This document shows positions 1 to 9,203 of a stretch of 64,000 bases of DNA, one piece after another. Made by a program: the position numbers and the translations under genes. Below the pieces are notes generated by a model that was not told the origin of the DNA, did not search any database, and saw only the letters and a program-made list of their open reading frames with translations. Positions within the stretch are counted from its first letter, which is position 1. Each line of letters opens with the position of its first letter. Source of the DNA: Myxococcota bacterium. Lineage in GTDB: Bacteria > Myxococcota_A > SURF-8. The stretch is from positions 160,001 to 224,000 of the forward strand of contig CAXXQS010000001.1 in assembly GCA_963674735.2 (NCBI GenBank), read 5' to 3'.

Positions 1-693
1 CTGAGCTGGCCGTTGGTGACGTCTATGCAGAGCGAAGCGGGCGATGCCATCGATCCTCAAATCTTCATGCGCATGGTGCACGCGGGGGAGCATCTTCTGT
101 TTAAACGGCCGATCACCCCCGCCGACAACCTGACCTTAAGCGGCGTGGTGGCCGATTTGCGCAACACCAAGGCCGGGGCGATCGTCACGGCGCGCATCGA
201 GGCCGTCGATTCCGACGGTGAAGCGGTTTTCGTCGAATACAGCTCGGCGCTGTTCCGCAAGATCGAGGCGGAAAGCGAGGCCCACGTGGGCGATCCGCTT
301 CCGGCCTTCCCCGCCATGGGAGCCGAAGCCCCCGATTGGGAACAGGACATCGAGATCTCCCGCTCGGCGCCCTATCATTACGATGCCGCCACCCAGATCG
401 TCTTCCCCATCCACACCAGCCATGTCTTCGCCCGCTCGGTGGGCTTGGGTGGCACCATTTACCAGGGCGGCGCGTTGCTGGCCCGCGCGGCGGCGACGAT
501 CGTCGATCGCGAGGGCGACGGCAAACCCTGGACTTTGCGCGAAATCGCCTGTCGTTTCGGGGATATGGTGATTCCCGGCACGCCGGTTGTCGTGCAGGGA
601 CAACGTATCGAAGGGATGCGCGGCGGATTCACCGTCCTCAACGACCGCAAACGCCCGGCCATTACCGGCGGCTTCGTGCTCAATCCGGCTTAG
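1..693 (+). CDS. MaoC-like (double hot-dog) dehydratase, 5' truncated by window edge
   Basis: Frame open from base 1; 'VHAGEHL.F.RP' N-terminal hot-dog half and 'PIHTSHVFARSVGLGGTIYQG...RFGDMVIPG' MaoC-type motif. Confidence 0.75.
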   Translation: MSWPLVTSMQSEAGDAIDPQIFMRMVHAGEHLLFKRPITPADNLTLSGVVADLRNTKAGAIVTARIEAVDSDGEAVFVEYSSALFRKIEAESEAHVGDPLPAFPAMGAEAPDWEQDIEISRSAPYHYDAATQIVFPIHTSHVFARSVGLGGTIYQGGALLARAAATIVDREGDGKPWTLREIACRFGDMVIPGTPVVVQGQRIEGMRGGFTVLNDRKRPAITGGFVLNPA

Positions 694-732
694 GCCGGAC
701 CGTTAAAAAAAAACGGGCGGAACCTGCGTTCT

Positions 733-1617
733 TTAGTGCGTGCGTTCGACGATGAAGCGCGCCAGCTCGCGCAGGGCTTCCGCGCGCAGACCGTAGCCGT
801 CGAGACCGGTTATCGCACGGGCGACGAGTTCTTCGGCCGTTTTGCGGCTTTTTTCCAGCCCGAGCAGGCTGACGAAAGTGGTTTTGCCCTGGGCGGCGTC
901 TTTTCCGGTGGTTTTGCCGAGTTGGCTTGAATCTCCCACCACATCCAGGATATCGTCGGCGATCTGGAAGGCCAGTCCGATGTTTTCGCCGTAGCGGGTG
1001 AGGGCATCCAGCTCCGCTACATTGGCCCCGCGCAGCATGGCTCCCGTGCGCACCGCCACCCGGATCAACGCGCCGGTTTTCATGGCGTGCATGCGCCGCA
1101 ATCCCGCCAGATCGTCGAGGTGAGCGGCATCTTCCAGAGTGTCGAGCACCTGTCCACCCACCATCCCGGCGGGACCGGCCGCCCGGGCGAGTTCGCCAAC
1201 CAGGCGCGCGCACAAAACCGGGTGGTCGTCGGCGTAGGCGGCCGCCAGCAATTGAAACGCGCCCGTCTGCAGTCCGTCGCCCGCCAAAACGGCCATGGCT
1301 TCGCCGAAGCGTTTATGCGAGGAGGGTTGTCCGCGCCGCAGGTCGTCGTCATCCATGCAGGGTAGATCGTCGTGAATGAGCGAATAGGTGTGGATCATCT
1401 CGACGGCCGCCGCCGCCGGGAGGGCATCCGGTCCGCCATCTCCCACCAAAGCCGCCGTGGCCAGTACCAAAACGGCGCGCAGCCGTTTGCCCCCGCCTTT
1501 GAGGGAATACAGCATGGCCTCCTGCAGGGAGTCGGGGCCACTCAACTCGGCGAGCAGGGCGGGCAGCGACTGTTCGATTTGTTGGCGATAGGATTCGAGG
1601 TCGGATGGAAACGACAT
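733..1617 (-). CDS. ispA: Polyprenyl (farnesyl/geranylgeranyl) diphosphate synthase
   Basis: GGKRLR, HTYSLIHDDLPCMDDDDLRRG (FARM), KTG, FQIADDILD (SARM), GK..GKD; ATG 1617 with GGGGAG RBS. Confidence 0.93.
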   Translation of the reverse strand: MSFPSDLESYRQQIEQSLPALLAELSGPDSLQEAMLYSLKGGGKRLRAVLVLATAALVGDGGPDALPAAAAVEMIHTYSLIHDDLPCMDDDDLRRGQPSSHKRFGEAMAVLAGDGLQTGAFQLLAAAYADDHPVLCARLVGELARAAGPAGMVGGQVLDTLEDAAHLDDLAGLRRMHAMKTGALIRVAVRTGAMLRGANVAELDALTRYGENIGLAFQIADDILDVVGDSSQLGKTTGKDAAQGKTTFVSLLGLEKSRKTAEELVARAITGLDGYGLRAEALRELARFIVERTH

Positions 1618-1772
1618 GATGGGACTCCCCTGCAAAACGGCCGTCACGAATTCGTCTTTTGTTCCTACCACGAACGCAACGGGTTTTCAATTCGATATGA
1701 AATGTGATAGGCTTCGGACCGCTTTGCCACCGGCTACGCGAAGTGCCGGATTTGCTTTTGGAGTGAGCGAAA

Positions 1773-2339
1773 ATGGATTTTCTTTCCGAATTGCCCATTT
1801 GGTTGATGGCGCTGATGATCTTCGGCCTTCGCATTGCGGACGTTTCCCTGGGGACTGTCCGCACGATTGCGGTGGTGGAAGGTCTGATCAAAGTGTCGGT
1901 AATTCTAGGTTTTGTAGAAGTGCTGATCTGGATCACGGCCGTCAGTCAGGTTATTGCACGCATTCACGAGAGCCTGTTTTTAGTGGTGGCCTATGCCGCC
2001 GGGTTCGCCTGCGGCAATGCGCTGGGAATCATGCTTGAAAAACGCTTGGCTCTGGGTGTTGTGACATTGCGTATCATTTCAGGCGATTCGGGCTGGCGTA
2101 TCGCCCAAGACCTGCGGGCGGAAGGCCAGGTGCTGACGACCTTCAGCGGCGAAGGTCGCGATGGGCCGGTGCTGATGATTTTCGCTTCCTGCCCACGGCG
2201 CAAAGTGCAGGAACGTATCGGAATTGCACGTCAAATAGACCCGGATTGTTTTTTCGAAGTCGGTCGCACCAACCTGTGGAGCGTGGGTGCGCGTGCCACG
2301 GCGCATAGCGGCTGGCGCGCGGTGATCAAGAAAAAATAG
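1773..2339 (+). CDS. UPF0316/DUF5698-DUF2179 family membrane protein
   Basis: 'LRIADVSLGTVRTI', 'GFVEVLIW', 'AYAAGFACGN.LG', 'GEGRDG' family motifs; 3 TM helices plus cytoplasmic domain. Confidence 0.85.
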   Translation: MDFLSELPIWLMALMIFGLRIADVSLGTVRTIAVVEGLIKVSVILGFVEVLIWITAVSQVIARIHESLFLVVAYAAGFACGNALGIMLEKRLALGVVTLRIISGDSGWRIAQDLRAEGQVLTTFSGEGRDGPVLMIFASCPRRKVQERIGIARQIDPDCFFEVGRTNLWSVGARATAHSGWRAVIKKK

Positions 2340-2342
2340 AGT
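2321..2342 (+). repeat. 22-bp direct repeat, copy 1 (GGTGATCAAGAAAAAATAGAGT)
   Basis: Identical to 5342-5363; contains the stop codon of the upstream gene. Confidence 0.95.
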
Positions 2343-2382
2343 TACCTGTACCCATCGAGTTCCCGATGGTCCACCAGCACGT

Positions 2383-4938
2383 TCAGTCGGCAAGATCCGG
2401 CAGGTTCAAGCAGTCCTCGGTCGAGGTATCCACTCGAAAGACACCCAGTTCTTTTACCTTTTGCGTTGGGGACGGGGAAAGGCCGCGCGTGGCACCGCCA
2501 TAGGGTCGCGACGGGAAGGCCAGCGAATCCAGCGGGGTAAGACAGGCGGCTTGCCAGGAGTGCAAGCGAGATGTTGGCGACGTCGGCATTTGGAGATATA
2601 GCAAGCAGTGGTCGCTTTTCGCCATTTGTGGTAGCTGGGATACGTCGAGCGGAACCGGACTTCGATTCCTCAGCCCCCAGAAACGCCAGCCTAACGTAAC
2701 GGCTGATGTCTTGATGTTTTCGCGTCGGACAGGCGAAACCCAGTAGCAAGTGTTGTTCTTTTCGCTCATATGTAGGAGTAATCGTGTCGTATATTGCAAG
2801 TCGGCGTTGAGGGTCAGGCAATCGTTGTGATAGGGAGTGAGGCTCGGTGCCACTGGAACGTCACTTTCGAGAGTCCGGTGCCGGTCGGGAAAACCGAGGA
2901 GTCCAGTCAGTATCATCAGGCACAGCAACGCTAGGCGCAGCCTGGCGGGTAAGAACCTCTTCAGTCGTTCGTTGAGAAAGGCCCAACCCGTCAGCCCGAA
3001 CAGTATCATCAGGGCCATCAGCATTGAGGCCAGTCGCATGGTGTGGTGATCATGCCGCCAACCCGCAATTGCATACAACCGTAGGAGGAACAAAAACGGC
3101 AGTGGGAGTAAGAGCCAGCGTTTGTACTGAAAGAGGGCGATTGCAGTGCCGAGGATGATGAAGAGTGCGAAGCCGATCGGGAATAAGCATGTCAGTATGT
3201 CGAACGCGGACAAGGACGGAACCGCTTTTGGGTCGAGGGTGCGCAGTAGCCAGAGATATACGCTGTTGTCGCGGTTCGTGACAAGGTCCACCAGCCCGGC
3301 GAGTTGCGTGTGGAAGAGGTTCCAGAGCACGTATAGTGCCGAGACAAGCAGCGCGATCGCGAGGAGGTGCAGCGCTTCATCTCCAAGGTGGGTCTTTTTG
3401 CCGAGCGATTGCCGGATGCGGGTGATGTGCTGCTGGATGGGATTTTGGTTCAATACCCACGCTCCGGCGATTACGCAGAGGGCGCATGTAGGGAAAAGAA
3501 CCAATTCCCGGCGGATCTGAAAAAGGAGGACGGCGGTCAATAGTAAACAGAGCGTTGCCCATAGATTTCGCGCCTTTTTCGGGTGGCCAACGGGTTGCCA
3601 GCGGTGGATCAGATGGGCCCATGAGAAGGTTATAAACCAAAGAAACTGGCTTGGGAAATCGGAAAACGCGGTGATTCTGAAAAAGGGTAGGGTGAGGATC
3701 AGTCCGGAGAACAAAGCGGCGGGAAGCCGGGATTTGAACGTTGACCGGGCGAGCGTGTAAAACATCCAAATATTGACGAGACCCAACAAGGCGTTGAGGG
3801 TAACCATCAAACGCAAGGGAACAGTTCCGAATGGAGCCAGAAAAGAAAGGGAAGTCCAACAGCTGCCGCAGTGGCAGCTATGGCCGAACAGAGTGTCGAT
3901 CCGTTCCCATTCGGGAACCAGTTGCAGTGGGGTGAACCAGGAAATCGGTATCCACTTAAACCAAAACGAAATCCAGGCAGTCGCGATTAGCAAGGCCAAA
4001 ACCAGCGCACCAAACCACCACCGGTTTGATGACTCGCTTTGCCGGCTGTAGCGATAGCTAGTGTAAAAGATTGCCACGAGGAAAGCGAGATGCAGAAAAA
4101 GGCAGAATCCCACCTCGCGCAGATTTGCCGGAACATTCGCCAGTGAAATCAATAACGTGAACAGCAAAACGGGAAACCCGGCGATTCGCAGGGCGGTGTA
4201 CCGATAATTTGTGAGAAAAACCGAGTCGTGTTGTCGTTGAAAGACGACCCCAACGAAACCGAGAAGATATGTAAGGGTCAAGTAGACCGCGAGGGCAACC
4301 GCCACTCCCATGGCGTCGGGATAGTCGAGATTGTTGCTGTGAGCCTCTGAAATCGATATGGTCGATACGGCTATGATGAAGTTGAATGCGCTTAGAACGA
4401 GCAGATGCCGGTATATGGGTGATCGGGTTCTGCTCTTGATCATCGGTATCCACACGCTTAACAGGATTAGCAGCGAGATCAGGCTTGTCCAGTCCAGCAT
4501 CGATTCCGTCCAGTTCTCGATGGGAGGAATTCCCGAAATGACAATAGGGGGCGGCAGTGGAATTTGTTCGGCGAATGAAGTCCAGTCGACGCTTTCGGCT
4601 TTGGGCAGGTTTGATTTGTCGAGGACGAGTTTGGTGGTGAGGGCAGTGTCGTGGTCGCCGTTGCCGTTGTAGTGGAGACGAATAAGGGCTTTGCCTTGAT
4701 TAGTTATGAGGTGCAGGGTGGCGTTGGTTTCATCAATGTTCAGCTGCCAGTCGATCAACTCCTGCTGCACGTGGTGGCGGGTCCAGGTTTTGAGAAAGGA
4801 CTGGAGTGCTTGAGAGGATGCGGCATCGATGGGGGCGAAGGCCAGTGATGGCGGTATGTTGCCCCAAGCGGGGCATCCCCCAACCGTTAAGAGAAGGAGG
4901 AGTAAAATAAGGAATTTGAAATACCGCAATATAAACAA
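2383..4938 (-). CDS. Large polytopic membrane protein, possibly GT-C glycosyltransferase-like
   Basis: 851-aa ORF with many TM segments and a lipobox-like N-terminus (LLTVGGC); TTG start with no clear RBS. Confidence 0.6.
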   Translation of the reverse strand: MFILRYFKFLILLLLLLTVGGCPAWGNIPPSLAFAPIDAASSQALQSFLKTWTRHHVQQELIDWQLNIDETNATLHLITNQGKALIRLHYNGNGDHDTALTTKLVLDKSNLPKAESVDWTSFAEQIPLPPPIVISGIPPIENWTESMLDWTSLISLLILLSVWIPMIKSRTRSPIYRHLLVLSAFNFIIAVSTISISEAHSNNLDYPDAMGVAVALAVYLTLTYLLGFVGVVFQRQHDSVFLTNYRYTALRIAGFPVLLFTLLISLANVPANLREVGFCLFLHLAFLVAIFYTSYRYSRQSESSNRWWFGALVLALLIATAWISFWFKWIPISWFTPLQLVPEWERIDTLFGHSCHCGSCWTSLSFLAPFGTVPLRLMVTLNALLGLVNIWMFYTLARSTFKSRLPAALFSGLILTLPFFRITAFSDFPSQFLWFITFSWAHLIHRWQPVGHPKKARNLWATLCLLLTAVLLFQIRRELVLFPTCALCVIAGAWVLNQNPIQQHITRIRQSLGKKTHLGDEALHLLAIALLVSALYVLWNLFHTQLAGLVDLVTNRDNSVYLWLLRTLDPKAVPSLSAFDILTCLFPIGFALFIILGTAIALFQYKRWLLLPLPFLFLLRLYAIAGWRHDHHTMRLASMLMALMILFGLTGWAFLNERLKRFLPARLRLALLCLMILTGLLGFPDRHRTLESDVPVAPSLTPYHNDCLTLNADLQYTTRLLLHMSEKNNTCYWVSPVRRENIKTSAVTLGWRFWGLRNRSPVPLDVSQLPQMAKSDHCLLYLQMPTSPTSRLHSWQAACLTPLDSLAFPSRPYGGATRGLSPSPTQKVKELGVFRVDTSTEDCLNLPDLAD

Positions 4939-5103
4939 AGGCTTATGTCTTTCAAATGGAAAAATATATTAGGATCAAGGCAGCCAAAATGCCTGTATCT
5001 GGAAGACGGCAGGAGTTGCATCTATAAGTTGCGCGGTCGCCATAGACCCGGTTCATCGACGCTTGCTTGGTTCCGTTTCCGACATGGATATTTGACCTCT
5101 GCG

Positions 5104-5133
5104 AGTATAGCCAGTGTCAACAACCGGTGTCAA
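5104..5133 (-). promoter_or_regulatory. Sigma70-like promoter pointing into the islet ORF
   Basis: Minus strand TTGACA-N18-TATACT. Confidence 0.55.
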
Positions 5134-5228
5134 TCAACTTTTCGGGACTGCGGGTTCCTCTTCCTCGTGTGGTGATTATTAACCCGGCAATTGTATCATG
5201 GCTGTTTTTTCGAAGATGAAACCACGAT

Positions 5229-5314
5229 CGCTCATCCCGAGTAGGCTACGTAAGTAGCTGTATCGAGGGATCTTTCGATACGATTTCGCTTCGCGAAATC
5301 ACTCAAGGTGAGCG
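5229..5314. repeat. REP-like multibranched palindromic element
   Basis: Outer stem CGCTCATCCCGAGT/ACTCAAGGTGAGCG enclosing three hairpins (GCTAC/GTAGC, GTATCGA/TCGATAC, GATTTCGC/GCGAAATC). Confidence 0.7.
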
Positions 5315-5341
5315 GAGAAAATAAGCAGGCTAACGTTGCCG

Positions 5342-5363
5342 GGTGATCAAGAAAAAATAGAGT
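5342..5363 (+). repeat. 22-bp direct repeat, copy 2
   Basis: Identical to 2321-2342. Confidence 0.95.
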
Positions 5364-5368
5364 GCCCC

Positions 5369-6469
5369 TCAAATCAAAGTACACACGGCACGAGCCTTTA
5401 GAAATAGTTCAGTCGCGTTGGCGCCGGGACGGTCGTCTTTGAGACCGTAACCGCTGGCGCCGGCCTGGGTGAAGGCCAGCACATCGCCGACTTGGGTCTC
5501 GGGCAGGTGCGCGGCCAAGGCGAACGGCCTTGTGGGTTCGGCGTCCATTTCGATCAGGGTCACGGACGTTTTCGATGGGTCTTCCAGACGCGAGAGATTG
5601 ACCACCTCGTGGTCCGATCCGTAAAGCGACGGAGGAATGAAGGGCTGAAAGCCCGACTCGATTTCGATGAGCGGACCCTCTTTGTCTCTCGATACCCGTC
5701 GGACCCGCCCGAGCCATACACCCGCATCCGAAACCAGCAGGCGTCCCGGGGCGAGCCAGACCGTCCCCCCCGTATCGTCGCATAAAGCCTCAATCGTTTC
5801 GCCCAAGGCTTCCAGACCCGACTCGCTGTTGTCACCGTTGGCCAGCAGACCTCCCTGCGCGTCGATCAACACCACCGGTTGCGGCCAATCGGCGAGCAGA
5901 GGGCGGGCGCTCTCCCAGGCGTCCCGTAGCGCCGCCGCGTTTAGATCCGGGAGCCCAAGCGCGATGCCCAATGGGGGTGTGGTTGAAGAACGGCGTTCGA
6001 GCAGTTGCCGGGCGACGGCCTGGCGTTTATCCTCGCTTAAACGGGTGGGCCAGCGTAACAGGGCAGGGGAGGCCGTTTCCTCCGTGACGCCGAGGCTCGC
6101 GACGGTTCCGGCACAACGAAACGAGGCATTCAGGCTGTCCAGCGCGGAGGGCGTGTGCAAAAAGCGATCGGCGGGCAGATCGGGTTGAGCGGCCGCGACC
6201 GCCTGCCGGTCGGCGTCGCCCTCAAGCGCCAGATACAGTCCCAATTCCAAGCACTTGCGCAAGATGTCGGGATGCGGGTTGGCGGCGACCGAATGAAAGA
6301 GACGATCGGCTCGGGCCAGATTGAGCCAGTTGAAAAGCGACTCGTTGAGCTGTTCTTCGTTATAGATGAAGCAAGGCGAGTGAGCGTTCGCCCGTTCGAT
6401 CAAGTCTTGACGGCGCTTGTTCCACCAGGGGGCGTTTTGGATGTATGCGGGAGGAACTTTCAGGGACAT
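5369..6469 (-). CDS. Diaminopimelate/ornithine decarboxylase (group IV) homologue, catalytic motifs degenerate
   Basis: Fold-level motifs 'SPCFIY', 'ANPHPDIL', 'PGRLLV', 'LYG..HEVVNLSRL', 'GDVLAF..AG'; PLP-binding Lys absent. Confidence 0.75.
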   Translation of the reverse strand: MSLKVPPAYIQNAPWWNKRRQDLIERANAHSPCFIYNEEQLNESLFNWLNLARADRLFHSVAANPHPDILRKCLELGLYLALEGDADRQAVAAAQPDLPADRFLHTPSALDSLNASFRCAGTVASLGVTEETASPALLRWPTRLSEDKRQAVARQLLERRSSTTPPLGIALGLPDLNAAALRDAWESARPLLADWPQPVVLIDAQGGLLANGDNSESGLEALGETIEALCDDTGGTVWLAPGRLLVSDAGVWLGRVRRVSRDKEGPLIEIESGFQPFIPPSLYGSDHEVVNLSRLEDPSKTSVTLIEMDAEPTRPFALAAHLPETQVGDVLAFTQAGASGYGLKDDRPGANATELFLKARAVCTLI

Positions 6470-6634
6470 CGGAACCTCACAGTCGAAATAGGTTGCATTC
6501 AAACCTTGCGCATTATGGTCCCGCAGGCGTATAAGGTCAAGATGCGGGCCGGATTATGCGGCAGGAATAATTCCTTGCCAAATGGACTCCTTCATGTAGA
6601 ATATAAGATGTTAAGAATCTTTTAGGATACTTTC

Positions 6635-6745
6635 GTGAGCGACACATCCTTCGAATCACAACCCGAACCCGAGCCTCCGGGGCGGGTTAGACCGCGAATT
6701 CAATCCCATCATATTGACCGTATAGGGGAGCGTACACCATCATGA
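6635..6745 (+). CDS. Possible 36-aa Pro-rich leader peptide (uORF)
   Basis: AGGA RBS then GTG; MSDTSFESQPEPEPPGRVRPRIQSHHIDRIGERTPS*; stop overlaps the downstream start (ATGA). Confidence 0.3.
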   Translation: MSDTSFESQPEPEPPGRVRPRIQSHHIDRIGERTPS

Positions 6746-8106
6746 CGGATGGAGACTATCCGAGTTTGCTCATTTTGGGCGGGCTCCTGCTTGTTTCGGC
6801 CTTCTTTTCCGGATCGGAAACCGCCATTATCGGCAGCAGCCGGGTGGCCTTGACCACATTGGCTGAGAAGGGCCATGGAGCTGCGCGTATCGCATTGAAA
6901 ATGCTGGATAATCCAAGCAGCTTGCTCGGCACGATTCTGGTCGGCAACAACCTGGTTAACGTGGCCGCGGCCGCCATCGGGGCCGCGATTCTGGGCCCGT
7001 TTTGGGCGACGATCATCATCACGTTGCTTCTGCTGTTGATCGGCGAGGTTCCCCCGAAGACCGTGGCCGCCCAATGGCCCGAACGGGTGACGCTGATCGT
7101 GTCTTATCCGATCTGGATCATTAAGATCATCCTGACTCCACTTGTTTGGATGGTCAGTACGCTGACCGATCTGATGTTGTTGCCGTTCTTGCGGCGCATG
7201 GGACCGGCCAAGGAATTTTACAGCCGCGACGAGATTCGCACGGCCTTGGATCAGAGTCATCTCGGGGGAGAGCTGGAGCCCGGCGAGGCGCAGATGGTGC
7301 AGGAAATTCTGGATCTACCGAAAATGAAGATCCACGAAATCATGATTCCGGCGCATGAAGCGGCCACCATCGAAACCGATTGGTCCATGGATCAACTTCT
7401 CGAACAAATCCGGCGCAGCCGCTTTTCACGCTATCCGGTCTACCGCCCTCATAGTCATCGGCTCGACGGTATGCTGCATATCAAAGATTTGCTATTGGGC
7501 GAACCCGACCGCCGCTGGCAGAGCTACATCCGTACCATGCCGCGACGCAGCCGAGATATGGATGCCGACGACCTGTTGCGCGACATGCAGATTGCCCGTT
7601 ACCACATGGCCGCCGTTACCGGCGATAACGAGCGGGTGGTCGGCTATGTGACCATGGAGCGGATTCTGGAGGAAATCGTGGGCGAAATCGCCGACGAGCA
7701 CGACCGCGAGATCGATCCGGTCCGCACGCTGGCCGCCGGGATTTATCTGATTCGGCGTGACCTCGAAGTGGCTGATGTTTCACGTATTCTTAATGTCGAT
7801 ATCCCCTGTGACGATCCCGATAATACGATATTCGAGCTGTATCGCAAACTGGGAGGCGGGCGACCCGCCTCGGCGGTGCGTCTGGAACAGATTCTTTTAC
7901 GTCCCGGTAAGCAGGGAATGGTGATTCAGCTTTTCGAGGAACCCGAACTCGACGAATCTCCCCCCAACCAAACCGCTGGAAACGAATCGTCTCCGAGCTC
8001 GGATGAAGGGTCGGTGAACGGCGGAGGATCGAACGGACGGCGAGAGAAGCTGATCCCGAAGCACGGGGAGCGCTTTGCCTTTTTCAGCCACGAACGCTAC
8101 CTATAA
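6742..8106 (+). CDS. CNNM/DUF21-CBS (CorB/TlyC hemolysin-family) Mg2+/Co2+ transport protein
   Basis: 'SAFFSGSETA', 'TILVGNNLVN', 'GEVPPK', 'FSRYPVY', 'VTME.ILEEIVGEI.DEHD'. Confidence 0.9.
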   Translation: MTDGDYPSLLILGGLLLVSAFFSGSETAIIGSSRVALTTLAEKGHGAARIALKMLDNPSSLLGTILVGNNLVNVAAAAIGAAILGPFWATIIITLLLLLIGEVPPKTVAAQWPERVTLIVSYPIWIIKIILTPLVWMVSTLTDLMLLPFLRRMGPAKEFYSRDEIRTALDQSHLGGELEPGEAQMVQEILDLPKMKIHEIMIPAHEAATIETDWSMDQLLEQIRRSRFSRYPVYRPHSHRLDGMLHIKDLLLGEPDRRWQSYIRTMPRRSRDMDADDLLRDMQIARYHMAAVTGDNERVVGYVTMERILEEIVGEIADEHDREIDPVRTLAAGIYLIRRDLEVADVSRILNVDIPCDDPDNTIFELYRKLGGGRPASAVRLEQILLRPGKQGMVIQLFEEPELDESPPNQTAGNESSPSSDEGSVNGGGSNGRREKLIPKHGERFAFFSHERYL

Positions 8107-8308
8107 ACCTCTTCGATCTGCCTTTTATTGTCGGCATTTCCGCATCGTCGTGTGGGCAAATCGCGTTTTACTCTCTCGTTTTTGTCGTTAACGGCCGCGA
8201 AAACGCGCCATAAATCTGAAAAAGACGAAAAAATAGGCACATTCTGTGGAATGTCACGGCTGGTTTGATCGCTCAAACCAATGAAAGCCGAATCTTGTCG
8301 CTTTTTTA

Positions 8309-8336
8309 TCAAGATGTTTTGCCGATTTGCCGAATA
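8309..8336 (+). promoter_or_regulatory. Putative sigma28 (FliA) promoter of the che cluster
   Basis: TCAAG-N15-GCCGAATA about 60 bp upstream of cheR. Confidence 0.45.
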
Positions 8337-8393
8337 GATGAGTAAGGTAATTGATGATAACGGATTACATGGCATGAGGGAGTTTCAGTTTCA

Positions 8394-9203
8394 ATGGATA
8401 TGAAGCTTTTTGACAAATTCCGTGCCATCGCTTACGAGAAGGCCGGGATCGACATCAAGGATGGGAAAGAAGCGCTGGTTTCAGCCCGTGTGGCCAAACG
8501 CCAGCGTGCGCTCGGCATTCCCTCGACGGCGGATTACCTCCATCTTCTGGAAACGGAAACGTCGGGAGAAGAACTCATTCATTTCCTGGATGCCATCAGC
8601 ACCAACTTCACCAGTTTTTTTCGTGAACCCGACCACTTCGAGATTTTGGGAAAGTTGTTGCGTAAGTGGTTCGATGAGGGAAAAAATCGGGTTCGTATCT
8701 GGTGTGCGGCTTCGTCCAGCGGTGAAGAGCCATATACGCTTGCCATCACGGCTTTAGAGGCGTTGGAAGGCCGTAAAGCGGATGTGCGTATTCTGGCGAC
8801 GGATATTTCAACGAAAATTCTCCAAATGGCCGTAGCCGGCGAATACGCTGAAGATCGCATTCGTCCCATCGATTCATCCAAACGAAATCGGTATTTTACG
8901 AAGTCGGGAACGGGAGCGAATGCGCTTTACACCGTCCGGCCTGAAGTCAAGGAATTACTGGTGTTCAAGCGGCTGAACCTGTCCACGCCGCCCTTTCCCA
9001 TGAAGGGTCCGCTGGACGTGGTTTTTTGCCGAAATGTGATGATTTATTTCGATAAACGTGTGCGTCAGAATTTGACAACCGAAGTGCAGCGCCTGCTCAA
9101 ACCCGGGGGACTGTTCATTATCGGGCATACCGAAACGCTGACAGGATTGAGCTCGACGTTCAAAACCACGAAGCCTTCGGTCTATTTCAAACCATCTGTC
9201 TGA
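8394..9203 (+). CDS. cheR: Chemotaxis methyltransferase
   Basis: 'TNFTSFFRE..HF', 'IWCAASSSGEEPY', 'ATDIS', 'FCRNVMIYF'. Confidence 0.95.
   Translation: MDMKLFDKFRAIAYEKAGIDIKDGKEALVSARVAKRQRALGIPSTADYLHLLETETSGEELIHFLDAISTNFTSFFREPDHFEILGKLLRKWFDEGKNRVRIWCAASSSGEEPYTLAITALEALEGRKADVRILATDISTKILQMAVAGEYAEDRIRPIDSSKRNRYFTKSGTGANALYTVRPEVKELLVFKRLNLSTPPFPMKGPLDVVFCRNVMIYFDKRVRQNLTTEVQRLLKPGGLFIIGHTETLTGLSSTFKTTKPSVYFKPSV

Larger units (their letters stand above)
2321..5363. mobile_element. Putative ~3-kb inserted islet bounded by 22-bp direct repeats, no integrase
   Basis: Perfect 22-bp direct repeat at both ends; visibly lower GC; removing it leaves two convergent genes about 8 bp apart. Confidence 0.65.

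Noticed and set aside
5229-5314. tRNA or integron attC site
   Set aside because: No TTC-type T-loop, D-loop or CCA; no matching RYYYAAC/GTTRRRY core pair around the element
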